A stretch of DNA of 64,000 bases, from positions 50,242,893 to 50,306,892 of the forward strand of contig NC_068982.1 in assembly GCF_001194135.2 (NCBI RefSeq), given 5' to 3'. Below, piece after piece: positions 62,200 through 64,000 of the stretch. The stretch's first letter is position 1. Each line of letters opens with the position of its first letter. A model generated the notes under the pieces. That model made no database searches. It saw nothing but the letters and a program-made list of their open reading frames with translations, and was not told where the DNA came from. The DNA is from Octopus bimaculoides. Its lineage: Eukaryota. Made by a program: the position numbers and the translations under genes.

Positions 62200-62795
62200 T
62201 ATATACTACATAGACCCAAGGTGGTGCGCAACGGGAAAACTCAAAAATATATGGTTGCAAAGTGAATTCTGAAGCATTCTTGTAGCAAAATTTGAGGAGT
62301 ACAGTCATTCGCTTGTTACTAAGTTGAAGGAAGAATAGTCTGGTTTTCGGCGTTATATCATTAATAAGAACGGATTTAATACAGTAATAAAGCGGAGTTA
62401 TTCTGGTTATCTAGAGTAGTTATTCTGGTAATTCGGAATTCCGTTAGGAACCCGTACAATAATATCAGATTGATAAATACCGATAATCTAATAGAGAATC
62501 AATGTTGTTTGTATGAACTTAACGCAGTAATATAAAAAAAATTCGTGAGGATCAGAGATTTGTGAATGGAACTGAAAGGTGGAGAGATGGGTGGGGGAGA
62601 GAGGAAGATAGTATATGTAGAAGGTCGAAAGAAAGAAAAGGACGTGGAATCTATGGGAGGGAAAACGTGACTTCATATGTTCAGTTATTGGACTAAGTAT
62701 TAAGTTGAGAGAGGAAAAGGGAATGTAAATAGAGAGAATGTGAGAAAATGATGTGAAAGGCTTCGTGAGTAAGCTTGTATGTATACATACATACA

Positions 62796-62827
<32 letters not shown>

Positions 62828-62863
62828 CATATATATACATATATATATGTGTGTGTCCTTACA

Positions 62864-62898
<35 letters not shown>

Positions 62899-62982
62899 CT
62901 GTGAGTGAATGTACATATGTGTATTTGCATATATATATATATATATATGTGTGTTTGTATGCGTGCATGTGAATTTAACGTT

Positions 62983-63033
<51 letters not shown>

Positions 63034-63897
63034 ATATATACATACATACATGCATGCATGCATACATACAAACATACATACATACATACATACATACATA
63101 CATACATAATGCTTTCACACACGCAAACATTCAGTTGCATATTGTAATGTACAGCCAGATGGTACAACTCTATTCATAACTGGGTAATGTCTGGTGAATA
63201 AAAAAAACGACAGATTCAAGGAGGACTTGTCAAGGATAGTGAGAACTTGAGTGATTTCAGAATAGTAGATCGGGTTCAGACATCCGTTCAGTGTACATTT
63301 ATGGATGTGTGTGTGTGGGGGGGGGGAGAAGGATTGGTGTATGTATGTATGTATGTATGTATACATGTATGTATGTATACATGTATGTATGTATTTGTAT
63401 GCATGTATGCATGTATGTATGCATGCACGCATCTATGTTGGATGGCCGTTGTTTCAACTGAGTTCATCTGTCTTTTGACAAGCTTTGTTCTTCGTCCTAG
63501 ACTTCGTTTAGACATCTCTCCAAAAACAACTTCCGAAATAACACTCTCATCTTTGCAAAGCCGGAGATCGTGCTCCAGCTTGTTTCTGGACTACTTGGTT
63601 TTGTAGGAGAGAGTTTTAGCGGCATTGTGCAAGCTTTTATTGACTTTAAATTTCAGTGGAGGCATTGAAGGTAGTTTGTCAGTAACGGTCATACACGTTT
63701 ACGTATTGACAGACATCATGTATGTATGTATGTATGTATGTATGTATGTATGTATGTATGTATGTATGCATACATGTATGCATGTATGCATGCATGTACA
63801 TACGTATGTATATATGTATATATGTATGTAATATGTATGTATGTATGTATGTATGTTACCTTTGTATGCATGTAGGTATGTATGTTATCAATCAGTT

Positions 63898-63986
63898 TCA
63901 TTTCTGTATTTCTTGTCCATAGAGAAAAAGCCGGAATCTATGTTAGAGTCCGGCTTTTTCTCTATGGACAAGAAATACAGAAATGA
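63898..63986. repeat. Perfect 38-bp inverted repeat (89-nt hairpin)
   Basis: TCATTTCTGTATTTCTTGTCCATAGAGAAAAAGCCGGA and its exact reverse complement, 13-nt spacer. Confidence 0.95.
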
Positions 63987-64000
63987 TTCACGGTCAAACG

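Overview
Eukaryotic, AT-rich, repeat-saturated draft-assembly DNA with many N gaps, most of them bounded by microsatellites. The repeat repertoire points to a coleoid cephalopod, most likely Octopus (inference from recognised repeats, not a database search). It includes tRNA-headed SINEs with a central (TA/TG)n tract, Dong/R4, RTE, L1/Tx1, CR1, HERO-like and Penelope retroelements, Tc1/mariner elements and MITEs, and very dense CA/TA/TACA/GAT microsatellites. I recognise no intact host protein-coding gene, rRNA, true tRNA gene or CRISPR array. Almost all ORFs in the track are microsatellite or N-gap artefacts; the rest are decayed transposon ORFs. The most notable signal is a set of minimal type-I hammerhead-ribozyme-like motifs at 12.7, 17.4, 26.5, 31.1, 31.3, 41.4 and 48.2 kb. 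Most sit in short non-coding, Penelope-LTR-like repeats that end about 90-110 nt downstream in a dinucleotide microsatellite, and two copies share a non-canonical A6U core. Other observations: GG..CC/8-bp-TSD MITEs with a (CCCTAA)n core, an apparently ORF1-only (HAL1-like) LINE derivative, a DD36E Tc1 relic, several fold-back structures able to form dsRNA, and a ~760-bp terminally redundant repeat nested in SINEs.
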